The position numbers and the translations under genes were made by a program. A DNA stretch of 64,000 bases from Dehalococcoidia bacterium (GTDB taxonomy: Bacteria; Chloroflexota; Dehalococcoidia; UBA2979): NCBI GenBank assembly GCA_965207415.1, contig CBDBMD010000003.1:1062028-1126027 (forward strand). Reading direction: 5' to 3'. Below are positions 1-9,502 of the stretch, piece after piece; within the stretch, counting starts at the first letter, position 1; each line of letters starts with the position of its first letter. The notes under the pieces are model-generated. The model searched no databases and was not told the DNA's origin. It saw nothing but the letters and a program-made list of their open reading frames with translations.

Positions 1-668
1 AGGAGGCGTACGCCCTCGCAGCCATCGACGAGCGGGTCCACGCCGTCGCCGGGCTGCACCCGCACCGCGCGAAGGATCTGCCGGAGCAGCGCGAGCAGCT
101 GCACGAGCAGGCGCACAGCGGGCGTTTCGTCGGCCTCGGCGAGATGGGGCTGGACTTCTACCGCAATCTCTCGCCGCACGACATCCAATACGAGGCGTTC
201 CGCTACCAGCTCGACCTCGCGCGCGAGGCCTCGCTGCCCGTCGTGATCCACAGCCGCGACTCCGACGAGGAGTCCTACGCGGTGATCGAGGAGTGGGCGC
301 GCCACTCGGGCCGCTACCTCGGACCGGACCGCGAGATCGGGATGATGCACTGCTACGCGGGCGACGCGGAGCTGGGCGAGCGCTACCGCGCGCTCGGCTT
401 CCTGCTCTCGATCCCCGGCCCGGTGACGTACCCCGGCGGCACGCAGCGCCAGAACGTCGCGAGGACGGCGCCGCTCGAGCAGTTGCTGGTCGAGACCGAC
501 GCGCCCGCGCTGACGCCGCAGTCGCACCGCGGGCGGCGCAACGAGCCGGCCTACATCCTCGAGACGATCGCCTTCATCGCCCAGCTGCGCGGCGACACGC
601 CGGAGCACGTGGCGCGCGTCACGGCCGAGAACGCCGCGCGGCTGTTCGGCTTCGAGCTGCCCCGATGA
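1..668 (+). CDS. TatD family metal-dependent hydrolase (5'-truncated by window edge)
   Basis: Reading frame is open from nt 3. The translation ...AGLHPHRAKDL...FVGLGEMGLDFYRN...VVIHSRDS...ETDAP... matches the TatD deoxyribonuclease family. The stop overlaps the next gene start (ATGA). Confidence 0.8.
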   Translation, partial: EAYALAAIDERVHAVAGLHPHRAKDLPEQREQLHEQAHSGRFVGLGEMGLDFYRNLSPHDIQYEAFRYQLDLAREASLPVVIHSRDSDEESYAVIEEWARHSGRYLGPDREIGMMHCYAGDAELGERYRALGFLLSIPGPVTYPGGTQRQNVARTAPLEQLLVETDAPALTPQSHRGRRNEPAYILETIAFIAQLRGDTPEHVARVTAENAARLFGFELPR

Positions 669-1642
669 CCGCGCCGGCCAGCCAGTTCGAGGTCTACGGC
701 CCCGTCGCGGACGACCTGCCGCGCGTCGACGAGTTGCTCGACTCGCTGCGCGATGTCGAGTTCCCGTGGCTGCGCGAGATGCTGGGCGCGGTGCTCGGCG
801 GCGGCGGCAAGCGGCTGCGGCCGGCCCTCACCCTGCTCGCGGGGCGCCTCGGGCGCTACGACCTCGACCTGCTCGTGCCGATGGCCGCGAGCGTCGAGCT
901 GCTGCACACGGCGACGCTCGTCCACGACGACGTGATCGACCAGGCGGAGGAGCGGCGAGGGCGGCCGACGGCGGCGGCGCAGTTCTACAACGGGCCGAGC
1001 GTGATGCTGGGCGACTACATGTTCGCCCACGCCGCCCACTTCGTGGCGCAGACCGGCAACCTGCGCGTGGTCCGCAACTTCGCCGAGACGCTGCGCGTGA
1101 TGGCGCGGGGCGAGCTGAGCCAGGACCTCGCGGCCTACGAGTATTCGCCGGACGTGCGGCGCTACCTCGATCGCATCCACGGCAAGACCGCCTCGCTCTT
1201 CGCCACCGCCGCCGAGGGCGGGGCGATCGTCTGCGGCGCGCCGGAGCCGCTCGTCGAGCCGGTCCGCCGCTTCGGCGAGCAGCTCGGCATGGCCTTCCAG
1301 GTGGTTGACGACGTGCTCGACTTCAGCGCTACGGCCGAGGAGCTCGGCAAGCCGGTCGGGTCCGATCTGCTGGCCGGGACGCTGACGCTGCCCGCGCTGC
1401 TCTACCTGGACCGCTACCCCGAGGACAACCCGATCCGGCGCGCCTTCTCCGGCGTCCGCAGGCGCGCCAACCTGCAACGCGCGATCAATGAGATCCGCGA
1501 GTCCGGGCTCCTCGAGGAGTCGATGGAGACCGCACAGCGCTTCGCCGAGCAGGCTGCGGCGGCGCTGGAGCCGCTCCCCGGCGGTGATCCGCGCGAGACC
1601 TTCGAGTCCCTGACGGAGTACGTGCTCGCCCGCCGCAGCTGA
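665..1642 (+). CDS. trans-polyprenyl diphosphate synthase (hepta/octaprenyl type)
   Basis: Has both Asp-rich motifs, LVHDDVID and VVDDVLD. ATG at 665 is in frame with the long ORF 293..1642; the upstream part of that ORF overlaps TatD and is spurious. Confidence 0.85.
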   Translation: MTAPASQFEVYGPVADDLPRVDELLDSLRDVEFPWLREMLGAVLGGGGKRLRPALTLLAGRLGRYDLDLLVPMAASVELLHTATLVHDDVIDQAEERRGRPTAAAQFYNGPSVMLGDYMFAHAAHFVAQTGNLRVVRNFAETLRVMARGELSQDLAAYEYSPDVRRYLDRIHGKTASLFATAAEGGAIVCGAPEPLVEPVRRFGEQLGMAFQVVDDVLDFSATAEELGKPVGSDLLAGTLTLPALLYLDRYPEDNPIRRAFSGVRRRANLQRAINEIRESGLLEESMETAQRFAEQAAAALEPLPGGDPRETFESLTEYVLARRS

Positions 1643-1679
1643 GGCACTGCACGGGGCAACTCAGACCTCGGGAGTCAGG

Positions 1680-2093
1680 CTACGAGGCGCCCTTGCCCTC
1701 GCCGCGCGCGCGGCGGCGGCCACGCGAGCCGCTGCCCTTGACGCGCTCGCGGACCTGCACCGCGGCCTTCCTGGCGGCGACTTCCTCGGCCGTAACCTTC
1801 GTGGCAGCGGGCACGACGCGCGGATCCTTGACGAGGAAGGGCTCCATCTTCGTCATGTCGTTCGTCTGCATCGGTTTCGTGGACTGACCCTTGGGCGTCC
1901 AGTAGAGGTTCTGGTCCGGGATGCGGCGCGGCATCCCGCCGCGCATGGTGAAGGCGTGCACCTCGGTCGGCATGAGGCGCCGGCCGTCGCCGTCGCAGAC
2001 GACGCACGGCTGCGGGTCCGAAGACTCGCGCACGGGGCGAATCAGCTCGAAGATGCCGTCGCAACCTTCGCAGTAGTACTCGTAGAGCGGCAT
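1680..2093 (-). CDS. FmdB family zinc-ribbon regulatory protein
   Basis: N-terminal MPLYEYYCEGCDGIFE...CVVCDG is the CxxC...CxxC zinc ribbon typical of FmdB. Basic C-terminal tail. Confidence 0.7.
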   Translation of the reverse strand: MPLYEYYCEGCDGIFELIRPVRESSDPQPCVVCDGDGRRLMPTEVHAFTMRGGMPRRIPDQNLYWTPKGQSTKPMQTNDMTKMEPFLVKDPRVVPAATKVTAEEVAARKAAVQVRERVKGSGSRGRRRARGEGKGAS

Positions 2094-2116
2094 GCCGCGT
2101 CTCCTCGATCCGTCAG

Positions 2117-2989
2117 TCAGGCGTTCAGGTTGTCCCGCTCAGTATACGCGGGCAACGGCTCAGCCGATGCACTCCCCGCCGGCGCCGCCTCGGGCGACTC
2201 GTCGCCGTCCACAGTCCGAGGCGTCTGGCGCACCTCGGAGAGGAAGCGCGCGCTGCCCAGGTCGCGCTCGGCCATCGCGCGCATCAGCTCGTGCATCACC
2301 CGCTCGAGGCCCGAGGCGAGCTCGGGCGTGAGGCGCACGCGCGCGGCTTCCTCGTACGGCTCCTGCTGGATGTAGCGCAGCACCTTCAGCACGGAGGCGT
2401 CGATCGGCCCCGCCTCCGGGTGCGAGCCCCGGCAGGCCGCGCAGATCACGCCTCCGGCGAGCGGCGACCAGGCCAGGGCGTCCTGCTGGACCGGCTCTCC
2501 GCAGGCCGCGCAGTTGCGCCACTCCGGCCGGAAGCCGGTCGCAGCGAGCAGCCCCAGCTCGAACGACCTCGCGACGAGTTGCTCGCCGTCACCCCGCGCG
2601 AGGCGCAGCAGGGCGACGAGCAGCAGGCGGTAGACGGCGTCCGCCTCGGCGTGCTCGACGGTCAAGCGGTCGGCCAGCTCCAGCAGGTAGAACCCGAGGC
2701 TGAGCCTGTCGAGGTCATCGCGAATCGTGGCGAAGCCCTCGATCGTCTGGGCCTGGGTGATGATGTCGAGGTTGCGGCCGTGGGCGAACAGCACCTCGGC
2801 GTGGGTCAGCGGCTCGAGGTGCCCGGCGAGCCTGCTGCGCGGGCGCAGCGCGCCCTTGGCAATCGCGTCGATCTTCCCGCGCGCCGGGGTGAGCAGCGTG
2901 ACGATGCGATCGCTGTCGCCGAACCGGCGGTGGCGGATCACCACCGCCTCGCTGCGGGTAACGCGGGGTGCGCGCGCGGGCATGGGCAC
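2117..2989 (-). CDS. recO: DNA repair protein RecO
   Basis: 290-aa product with an N-terminal OB-fold region and a C-terminal CxxC...CxxC zinc motif (NCAACGE...VICAACRG), the RecO architecture. Confidence 0.85.
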   Translation of the reverse strand: MPMPARAPRVTRSEAVVIRHRRFGDSDRIVTLLTPARGKIDAIAKGALRPRSRLAGHLEPLTHAEVLFAHGRNLDIITQAQTIEGFATIRDDLDRLSLGFYLLELADRLTVEHAEADAVYRLLLVALLRLARGDGEQLVARSFELGLLAATGFRPEWRNCAACGEPVQQDALAWSPLAGGVICAACRGSHPEAGPIDASVLKVLRYIQQEPYEEAARVRLTPELASGLERVMHELMRAMAERDLGSARFLSEVRQTPRTVDGDESPEAAPAGSASAEPLPAYTERDNLNA

Positions 2990-3001
2990 AGGTTAAACGA
3001 C

Positions 3002-3027
3002 GGGAGCCGGCCCGCGGGCCGGCTCCC
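3002..3027 (-). terminator. GC-rich perfect hairpin (12-bp stem GGGAGCCGGCCC/GGGCCGGCTCCC) downstream of SBP copy A
   Basis: Perfect inverted repeat seen directly. It is followed on the minus strand by GTCGTTTAACC, a weak U-tract. It lies between the SBP stop (3050) and the recO start (2989). Confidence 0.4.
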
Positions 3028-3049
3028 GGTTCTCTCGCCTCGTGCGGGT

Positions 3050-5044
3050 CTAGCCGCGGAGGTCCACCGTGAGAGTCTGATCCAGGTTCTCGTTGTCGAG
3101 CCACGTCTTGTGGAAGGCGTAGCCCCAGTCCCAGAAGCTGTGGAGGCCGATGTACGGACCGTGGAAGCGCACGAAGCGCACCTCAGGCCGCACGATGAAG
3201 ATGCCTGCCGAGGCCGGCACCTTGTCCATCCAGTACGCCTCCTCGTTCATCTGATCGATGATCTGGATGAACATCTCGCGCCGCGCGTCCGTGTCGAACT
3301 CACCGAACTGCCTGTCGGCGAGGTCGTCGATGACCGCGTCCTGGATGTTGAAGTGCTGCGTCGTCGACTGGGAGTGGATGTTCTCCCAGAAGTACCCGTT
3401 CGCGGTCGGAGCCGCGGTCGACCAGCCCTGGATCATGTCCGCGTCCCGCGCCTCGGGGTCGGAGAAGCCCTGGCTGTAGTACTGCTTGGAGAAGGCGGCG
3501 CCGTCGGCCGGCAGCATCTCCGGCTCGAAGCCGAGCGCCCGCATGTCCTCGAAGATCAACTCCGTGTCCGCACCGGGGTTGGTGAACCCTGCCGGGGAGC
3601 GGTGCCGGACCTTCTGTCCCGGCTCGACGCCGGCGGCGGCGAGCAGCTGTGCAGCCTCTTCCGGGGCGTACGGGCCGGTGCTGCCGAAGGCGTCGCGCCC
3701 GGGGTACGAGTCGGAGTAGAACGGCCAGCCGAAGGCGGGCAGCGAGTCCGGCCACTTCTGGCCCGGGAAGCGGATCGCCAGGTAGCGGTCCACGTCCATC
3801 CCGAGCTTGAGGGCGCGGCGCACGCGCGTGTCGTTGAAGGGCGCGACGTTGGAGTTCACCGCGAAGATCGCGATACCCATCAGCGACGGGTTGTTCATCA
3901 CGTTCATGCCCGGGACGCTGTCCCACAGCGCGTCCAGTTCCTCTGTCCGCAGGCCGGGCAGACCGTGGTGCGTCTGGCCGGTGCGGAACGCGGCCTTGCG
4001 CGTCTCCGAGTCCTGGATCGTGTCGAAGTGGAACGCGTCGAGCAGCGGCGCGCCGCCCCAGTAGTCGGGGTTGCCCACGAACACCATCCGCTGGTCCTGG
4101 ACGGTGTTCTCCTTGTCGAGGATGCCGGGGCCGGTACCGATCGGCGTCGTGTCCGCGATGCCGGCGTCGTAGACCTCCGGCGGGTAGATCGGCGTCTCGC
4201 GGTTGCCCGCCACGACGAGGATGTCCGCGTTCGGGCGCGACATGTTGAAGCGCACCGTGCGGTCGTCCACCGCCTCGGCGGATTCGAGGCCGAGCAGCAG
4301 GCCGGCCTGGCGGCCACCCTGCATGCGCGTGTAGGCCTGCGCGACGTCGTTAGCGACCAGCGCACGGCCGTTGACCGGCGCCACGTTGTGGTAGTTCGCC
4401 TCACGCAGCGCGAAGGTCAGCGCGAGCCCGTCCGGAGCAACTTCCCACCCGGTGGCGAGGCCGAACTCGGGGTTGAGCTCCATCTGGTAGACGTTGAAGT
4501 CCGGGCCCTGGTGGTACCCGACGAGCATGTCGCCAACCATCGTGTTGGCCGACTGCGTCAGACCGCCACCAGAGGTGATGTTGTCGAAGCTCGAGTGGAT
4601 CAGCGATGTGCCGTAGGTGAGGATGCCGCCGGGGACCGGCTTCTTGTCCGGCTCCGCCCAACCGTAGGCGAAGGGCGCGCCGTCGTTGCGGGCGTTGCCG
4701 ATGTAGTCGTAGCTCGGCTCGATCGGATACCCGGCGCCCTCGGGCGTGGGCTCCGCTGTCGCCGTCGCGGTGGCCCCCGCCGCCGTCGTCGGCGTCGGGG
4801 TCGGCTCGGGCGTCGCGGTCCGCACGATCGCGGCGGTCGGGACGGGGGTCGCCGAAGCGGTCGGCGCCGCCGTCGGGGCCGCCGTCGGGGCCGGAGTCTC
4901 GTCGTCGTCGTCGCCGCAGCCGATCAAGGCCGCTGCCGTCAGGCCGGCCGCGCCGATGACGCCGCCGCGGATGACGCTACGGCGACTGACGCGAGACCCG
5001 ATGAGTCTGGACAGACCCTGTCCGTTGCTTGCTTGCCCTGTCAT
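3050..5044 (-). CDS. ABC transporter substrate-binding protein, family 5 (peptide/nickel type), Tat/lipoprotein signal, copy A
   Basis: N-terminus RRSVIRGGVIGAAGLTAAALIGCGDDDDE is a twin-arginine signal plus lipobox Cys. The Thr/Pro/Ala-rich linker is followed by a family-5 SBP fold. It is a paralog of 5271..7262. Confidence 0.85.
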   Translation of the reverse strand: MTGQASNGQGLSRLIGSRVSRRSVIRGGVIGAAGLTAAALIGCGDDDDETPAPTAAPTAAPTASATPVPTAAIVRTATPEPTPTPTTAAGATATATAEPTPEGAGYPIEPSYDYIGNARNDGAPFAYGWAEPDKKPVPGGILTYGTSLIHSSFDNITSGGGLTQSANTMVGDMLVGYHQGPDFNVYQMELNPEFGLATGWEVAPDGLALTFALREANYHNVAPVNGRALVANDVAQAYTRMQGGRQAGLLLGLESAEAVDDRTVRFNMSRPNADILVVAGNRETPIYPPEVYDAGIADTTPIGTGPGILDKENTVQDQRMVFVGNPDYWGGAPLLDAFHFDTIQDSETRKAAFRTGQTHHGLPGLRTEELDALWDSVPGMNVMNNPSLMGIAIFAVNSNVAPFNDTRVRRALKLGMDVDRYLAIRFPGQKWPDSLPAFGWPFYSDSYPGRDAFGSTGPYAPEEAAQLLAAAGVEPGQKVRHRSPAGFTNPGADTELIFEDMRALGFEPEMLPADGAAFSKQYYSQGFSDPEARDADMIQGWSTAAPTANGYFWENIHSQSTTQHFNIQDAVIDDLADRQFGEFDTDARREMFIQIIDQMNEEAYWMDKVPASAGIFIVRPEVRFVRFHGPYIGLHSFWDWGYAFHKTWLDNENLDQTLTVDLRG

Positions 5045-5221
5045 GGCTCCTCCTCGATCGCGAACCCAGAACCTGCTCAGCAGGCCTCGTGATCGCTATA
5101 CGCTCCGCGCTACGGTACGGTTCTGTTCAACCCCGCGCAAGTGCGGACAACATCGCCAGACTACGATGGTCCGGCGCCCCGTTGCGGGTGACGCGCGGGG
5201 GCATGGTTACAGGTTAAACGA

Positions 5222-5247
5222 CGGGAGCCGGCCCGCGGGCCGGCTCC
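5222..5247 (-). terminator. Second copy of the same GC hairpin, between SBP copy B stop and SBP copy A start
   Basis: Identical 26-nt palindrome to 3002..3027, carried within the tandem duplication. Confidence 0.35.
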
Positions 5248-5270
5248 CGGTTCTCTCGCCTCGTGCGGGT

Positions 5271-7262
5271 CTAGCCGCGGAGGTCCACCGTGAGAGTCTG
5301 ATCCACGTTCTCGTTGTCGAGCCACGTCTTGTGGAAGGCGTAGCCCCAGTCCCAGAAGCTGTGGAGGCCGATGTACGGACCGTGGAAGCGCACGAAGCGC
5401 ACCTCAGGCCGCACGATGAAGATGCCTGCCGAGGCCGGCACCTTGTCCATCCAGTACGCCTCCTCGTTCATCTGATCGATGATCTGGATGAACATCTCGC
5501 GCCGCGCGTCCGTGTCGAACTCACCGAACTGCCTGTCGGCGAGGTCGTCGATGACCGCGTCCTGGATGTTGAAGTGCTGCGTCGTCGACTGGGAGTGGAT
5601 GTTCTCCCAGAAGTACCCGTTCGCGGTCGGAGCCGCGGTCGACCAGCCCTGGATCATCTCCGACTCCCGTGCCTCGGGGTCGGAGAAGCCCTGGCTGTAG
5701 TAGTGCTTCGAGAAGGCGGCGCCGTCGGCCGGCAGCAGCTCCGGCTCGAAGCCGAGCGCCCGCATGTCCTCGAAGATCAGCTCCGTGTCCGGGCCCAGCC
5801 CGGCGAATCCGAGCGGAGAGCGGTGGCGAACCGTGAGCCCCGGCTCGACGCCAGCGGCGGCGAGCAGCTGTGCCGCCTGCTCCGGGTCGTACGGGCCGGT
5901 GCTGCCGAAGGCGTCGCGGCCCGGGTACGAGTCGGAGTAGAACGGCCAGCCGAAGGCGGGCAGCGAGTCCGGCCACTTCTGGCCCGGGTAGCGGATCGCA
6001 AGGTAGCGGTCCACGTCCATGCCGAGCTTGAGGGCGCGGCGCACGCGCGTGTCGTTGAAGGGCGCGACGTTGGAGTTCACCGCGTAGATCGAGATGCCCA
6101 TCAACGACGGGTTGTTCATCACGTTCATGCCCGGGACGCTGCCCCACAGCGCGTCCAGTTCCTCTGTCCGCACGGTGGGCAGACCGTGGTGCGTCTGCCC
6201 GGTGCGGAACGCGGCCTTGCGCGTTTCGGGATCCTGGATCGTGTCGAAGTGGAACGCGTCGAGCAGCGGCGCGCCGCCCCAGTAGTCGGGGTTGGCCACG
6301 AACACCATCCGCTGGTCCTGGGTGGTGTTCTCCTTGTCGAGGATGCCGGGGCCGGTGCCGATCGGCGTCGTGTCCGCGATGCCGGCGTCGTAGACCTCCG
6401 GCGGGTAGATCGGCGTCTCGCGGTTGCCCGCCACGACGAGGATGTCGGCGTTCGCCTTCGACATGTTGAAGCGCACCGTACGGTCGTCCACCGCCTCGGC
6501 GGATTCGAGGCCGAGCAGCAGGCCCTTTTGGCGGCCGCTCTGCATGCGCGTGTAGGCCTGCGCCACGTCGTTGGCGACCATCGCACGGCCGTTGACCGGC
6601 GCCACGTTGTGGTAGTTCGCCTCACGCAGCGCGAAGGTCAGGGTCAGACCGTCCGGCGCAACCTCCCAGCCTGTCGCCAGGCCGAAGTCCGGGTTGAGCT
6701 CCATCTGGTAGACGTTGAAGTCCGGGCCCTGGTGGTACCCGACGAGCATGTCGCCAACCATCGTGTTGGCCGACTGCGTCAGGCCGCCACCCGATGTGAT
6801 GTTGTCGAAGCTCGCGTGGATCAGCGATGTGCCGTAGGTGAGGATGCCGCCCGCGACCGGCTTCTTGTCCGGCTCCGCCCAGCCGTAGGCGAAGGGCGCG
6901 CCGTCGTTGCGGGCGTTGCCAATGTAGTCGTAGCTCGGCTCGATCGGATACCCCGCGCCCTCGGGCGTGGGGGCCGGAGTGGCCGTCGCCGTCGCGCCCG
7001 CCGCCGTCGTCGGCGTCGGGGTCGGCTCGGGCGTCGCGGTCCGCACGATCGCGGCGGTCGGGACGGGAGTCGCCGAAGCGGTCGCAGCCGCCGGGGCCTG
7101 GGTCGCCACGGGGGCCGGAGTCTCGTCGTCGTCGTCGCCGCAGCCGATCAAGGCTGCTGCCGTCAGGCCGGCCGCGCCGATGACGCCGCCGCGGATGACG
7201 CTACGGCGACTGACGCGAGACCCGATCAGCCTGGACAGTCCGTTACTTGCTTGCTCTGTCAT
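5271..7262 (-). CDS. ABC transporter substrate-binding protein, family 5, copy B (tandem paralog)
   Basis: 663 aa, about 95% identical to copy A. Differences are concentrated in the N-terminal linker (MTEQASNGLS... versus MTGQASNGQGLS...). Confidence 0.85.
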   Translation of the reverse strand: MTEQASNGLSRLIGSRVSRRSVIRGGVIGAAGLTAAALIGCGDDDDETPAPVATQAPAAATASATPVPTAAIVRTATPEPTPTPTTAAGATATATPAPTPEGAGYPIEPSYDYIGNARNDGAPFAYGWAEPDKKPVAGGILTYGTSLIHASFDNITSGGGLTQSANTMVGDMLVGYHQGPDFNVYQMELNPDFGLATGWEVAPDGLTLTFALREANYHNVAPVNGRAMVANDVAQAYTRMQSGRQKGLLLGLESAEAVDDRTVRFNMSKANADILVVAGNRETPIYPPEVYDAGIADTTPIGTGPGILDKENTTQDQRMVFVANPDYWGGAPLLDAFHFDTIQDPETRKAAFRTGQTHHGLPTVRTEELDALWGSVPGMNVMNNPSLMGISIYAVNSNVAPFNDTRVRRALKLGMDVDRYLAIRYPGQKWPDSLPAFGWPFYSDSYPGRDAFGSTGPYDPEQAAQLLAAAGVEPGLTVRHRSPLGFAGLGPDTELIFEDMRALGFEPELLPADGAAFSKHYYSQGFSDPEARESEMIQGWSTAAPTANGYFWENIHSQSTTQHFNIQDAVIDDLADRQFGEFDTDARREMFIQIIDQMNEEAYWMDKVPASAGIFIVRPEVRFVRFHGPYIGLHSFWDWGYAFHKTWLDNENVDQTLTVDLRG

Positions 7263-7440
7263 GGGTCCTCCTCGATCACGAACTCGCCCACACGCACGCA
7301 GGCACTGATGGCGATACGCCGAGTGCCACCGTACGGTTCTGTGCGTTCGCGCACAAGTGCCGGCTGCGGCGGCGGATTACGATTGTCGATGTTGGGTTCC
7401 GGAACCGTTCCCGAAGGGTCAAGCGAACGCGTTCCTGCCG

Positions 7441-8334
7441 CTAGCGCGACCCACGCAGCCGCGGGTCCAGCACGTCGCGCACGACATCGCCGAGCAGGTT
7501 GAACGCAAGGACCGTGACCATGATCGCGATGGCCGGGAAGATCGCGAGCCAGGGCGCCAGTTCCATGAACTGACGGCCCTTATCGCTCAGCATCAGGCCC
7601 CAGGACGGCGTCGGCGGCTGGGCGCCCATGCCGAGGAAGGCGAGCCCGGCCTCGATCAGGATCGCCGCCCCCAGGACGGTGGACATCATGATCAGGATCG
7701 GCGCCACCACGTTCGGGAGGATGTGGCGCAGCATGATCCGGCCCGGACCGGCCCCGATCACTTTGGCCGCCTCGACGTAGACGTTCTCCTTGACGGCGAG
7801 CACGGCACTGCGGATCACGCGTGCGTTGAAGGGGATGATGATCAGGATGATCGCGATGATCCCCGTCGTCACTCCCGGCGTGAAGACCGCGGCGAAGATC
7901 AGCGCCAACACGAGCCCGGGGATCGCCAGCATCGCGTCGACGAGGCGCTGCGAGAGGAGATCCAGCCAGCTACCGGCGAACCCCGACAGCAGGCCCCAGG
8001 CCGCACCCACAAGGCAGCCGCCCGCTGTGGCGAGGAACCCCACCCAGAGCGAGATCCGCGCACCATGCATCAGACGCGACAACTGGTCCCGTCCGAGGTC
8101 GTCCGTACCGAACGGATGCGACGCGCTCGGCCCCACGAGGACGTCCCGCGAGGACTGGTACGGGTCGGGGCCCACGTCGGCGAAGATCGCGCCGAGGACC
8201 AACACCGCGAGCACCGCCGTCGAGGTTGCACCGACCGGCGACCTGAAGATACGGATCGTCGCGTCCAGCGCGGGATGGCGTCCCTCGCTCGCGAATTCGC
8301 GGATTGCCGGCGCCGGTGCGGTCTGCTCAGCCAC
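7441..8334 (-). CDS. ABC transporter permease (DppC/OppC-like)
   Basis: Six-TM permease with an EAA-type loop and the typical DppC C-terminus ...DVLDPRLRG. Confidence 0.85.
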   Translation of the reverse strand: MAEQTAPAPAIREFASEGRHPALDATIRIFRSPVGATSTAVLAVLVLGAIFADVGPDPYQSSRDVLVGPSASHPFGTDDLGRDQLSRLMHGARISLWVGFLATAGGCLVGAAWGLLSGFAGSWLDLLSQRLVDAMLAIPGLVLALIFAAVFTPGVTTGIIAIILIIIPFNARVIRSAVLAVKENVYVEAAKVIGAGPGRIMLRHILPNVVAPILIMMSTVLGAAILIEAGLAFLGMGAQPPTPSWGLMLSDKGRQFMELAPWLAIFPAIAIMVTVLAFNLLGDVVRDVLDPRLRGSR

Positions 8335-8347
8335 GCACTGCTCCCTG

Positions 8348-9376
8348 CTATGAGTACCTGATGCGCGGGTCGATCAGCCCGTAGGCAAGATCAACCGCGA
8401 GGTTCACCAGGATGAACACGATCGACATCAGCAGCACGGTAGCCTGCACGACCGGATAGTCGCCGATCCTCACCGATTCCAGGGTGAGGCGGCCAAGGCC
8501 GGGCAGGCGGAACATCTGCTCCACGATCACGGTGCCGCCGAACAGGAACGTGATCTGCCCGGCCATGATCGTCAGCACGGGGATGACGGCGTTCCGCAGC
8601 GCGTGCTTCAGGATGACCGGGCGCTCCGCGAGCCCCTTGGCGCGGGCCGTGCGCACGTAGTCCTCGCGCAGCACTTCAAGCATCGTCGACCGCATCATGC
8701 GGGCGCTGATCGCGGACAGCCGGTAGCCGATGATCAGGGCCGCGAGGATCAGCGCCTGGAAGTTCGCCCACGGGTTATCGAGGATTGGTTCGTAGAGCGG
8801 CGGCAGCCACGACTGGAACAACCCGAACGTCACATCGTCGAGGTATACCGTCAGGAACAGGATCAGGAGCGTCCCCCACACGAAGTCAGGGCCGGAAAGC
8901 CCGAGGACGGTGAATAACCGCGCCCCATAGTCAATCGGACTGTCCTGTTTCACCGCGGAGATGATGCCCAGCGGTACCGCCAGCGCAGGGGCTAGCAGCA
9001 CCGCTATCAGCACAAGCTCGATGCTCAGCGGCAGGCGCGTCTTAATCAGGTCGTTGATCGAGTTCCTCGTGCGCAGCGAATCCCCGAGGTCGCCGCGCAG
9101 CAGGCCACCGCCCTCGCAGCCGCCGATCGCGCTGATGTTGTTCAGGGCATCACCAAGCGCCCAGCACTTGTACTGGTGCGGCCACGAGCGATCGAGGCCC
9201 AGCTCCGCGCGGCGCTTGTCGAGGAACTCCTCGCTCGGGGCGCTACCGCCATCGGAGATGGCCAACTTCTCCACCACGTCGCCGGGGATCAGGCGCATCA
9301 GGCAGAAGATGATGACGGAGACGAAGAAGATCGTCGGGATTGCCGCGAGCAGGCGCTTGATGATGTATTGCGTCAT
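8348..9376 (-). CDS. ABC transporter permease (DppB/OppB-like)
   Basis: Ends ...LIDPRIRYS. The likely start is the ATG at 9376 (MTQYIIKRLL..., preceded by GGGAGCGGGG). The ORF can extend to an ATG at 9451, which has no RBS. Confidence 0.85.
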   Translation of the reverse strand: MTQYIIKRLLAAIPTIFFVSVIIFCLMRLIPGDVVEKLAISDGGSAPSEEFLDKRRAELGLDRSWPHQYKCWALGDALNNISAIGGCEGGGLLRGDLGDSLRTRNSINDLIKTRLPLSIELVLIAVLLAPALAVPLGIISAVKQDSPIDYGARLFTVLGLSGPDFVWGTLLILFLTVYLDDVTFGLFQSWLPPLYEPILDNPWANFQALILAALIIGYRLSAISARMMRSTMLEVLREDYVRTARAKGLAERPVILKHALRNAVIPVLTIMAGQITFLFGGTVIVEQMFRLPGLGRLTLESVRIGDYPVVQATVLLMSIVFILVNLAVDLAYGLIDPRIRYS

Positions 9377-9441
9377 GCGGCTCTGCGCCCCGCTCCCGGC
9401 TGCGCCCTTCGTGCGGGCGCGAGAGTTTTGCAGCGTCGGGG

Positions 9442-9470
9442 AGTCTCGCAATGGGCGGGGCGGATGTCAA
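9442..9470 (-). promoter_or_regulatory. Candidate sigma70-like promoter of the ABC operon (TTGACA-17-GAGACT on the minus strand)
   Basis: Read directly. The -35 hexamer is perfect and the -10 is weak. It lies about 70 nt upstream of the permease start. Confidence 0.2.
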
Positions 9471-9502
9471 TCGGCGCGCCACCGACGAGCGTCTGGAAGC
9501 GG

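Larger units (their letters stand above)
3000..7440. repeat. Tandem duplication, two units of about 2.22 kb each (SBP gene plus its 3' terminator hairpin and the first nt of recO)
   Basis: Region 2990..3060 is repeated at 5207..5280 (catggNNacaggttaaacgacgggagccggcccgcgggccggctccc...). Coding regions are near-identical. The upstream leaders (5045..5220 versus 7263..7440) have diverged. Confidence 0.8.

Noticed and set aside
2291-7502. Very long plus-strand ORFs (933 aa and 918 aa) antisense to the SBP genes
   Set aside because: Arg/Gly/Asp-rich low-complexity translations typical of antisense frames in 70% GC DNA. The opposite strand encodes well-conserved SBPs. The two ORFs are themselves duplicated only because the underlying DNA is duplicated.
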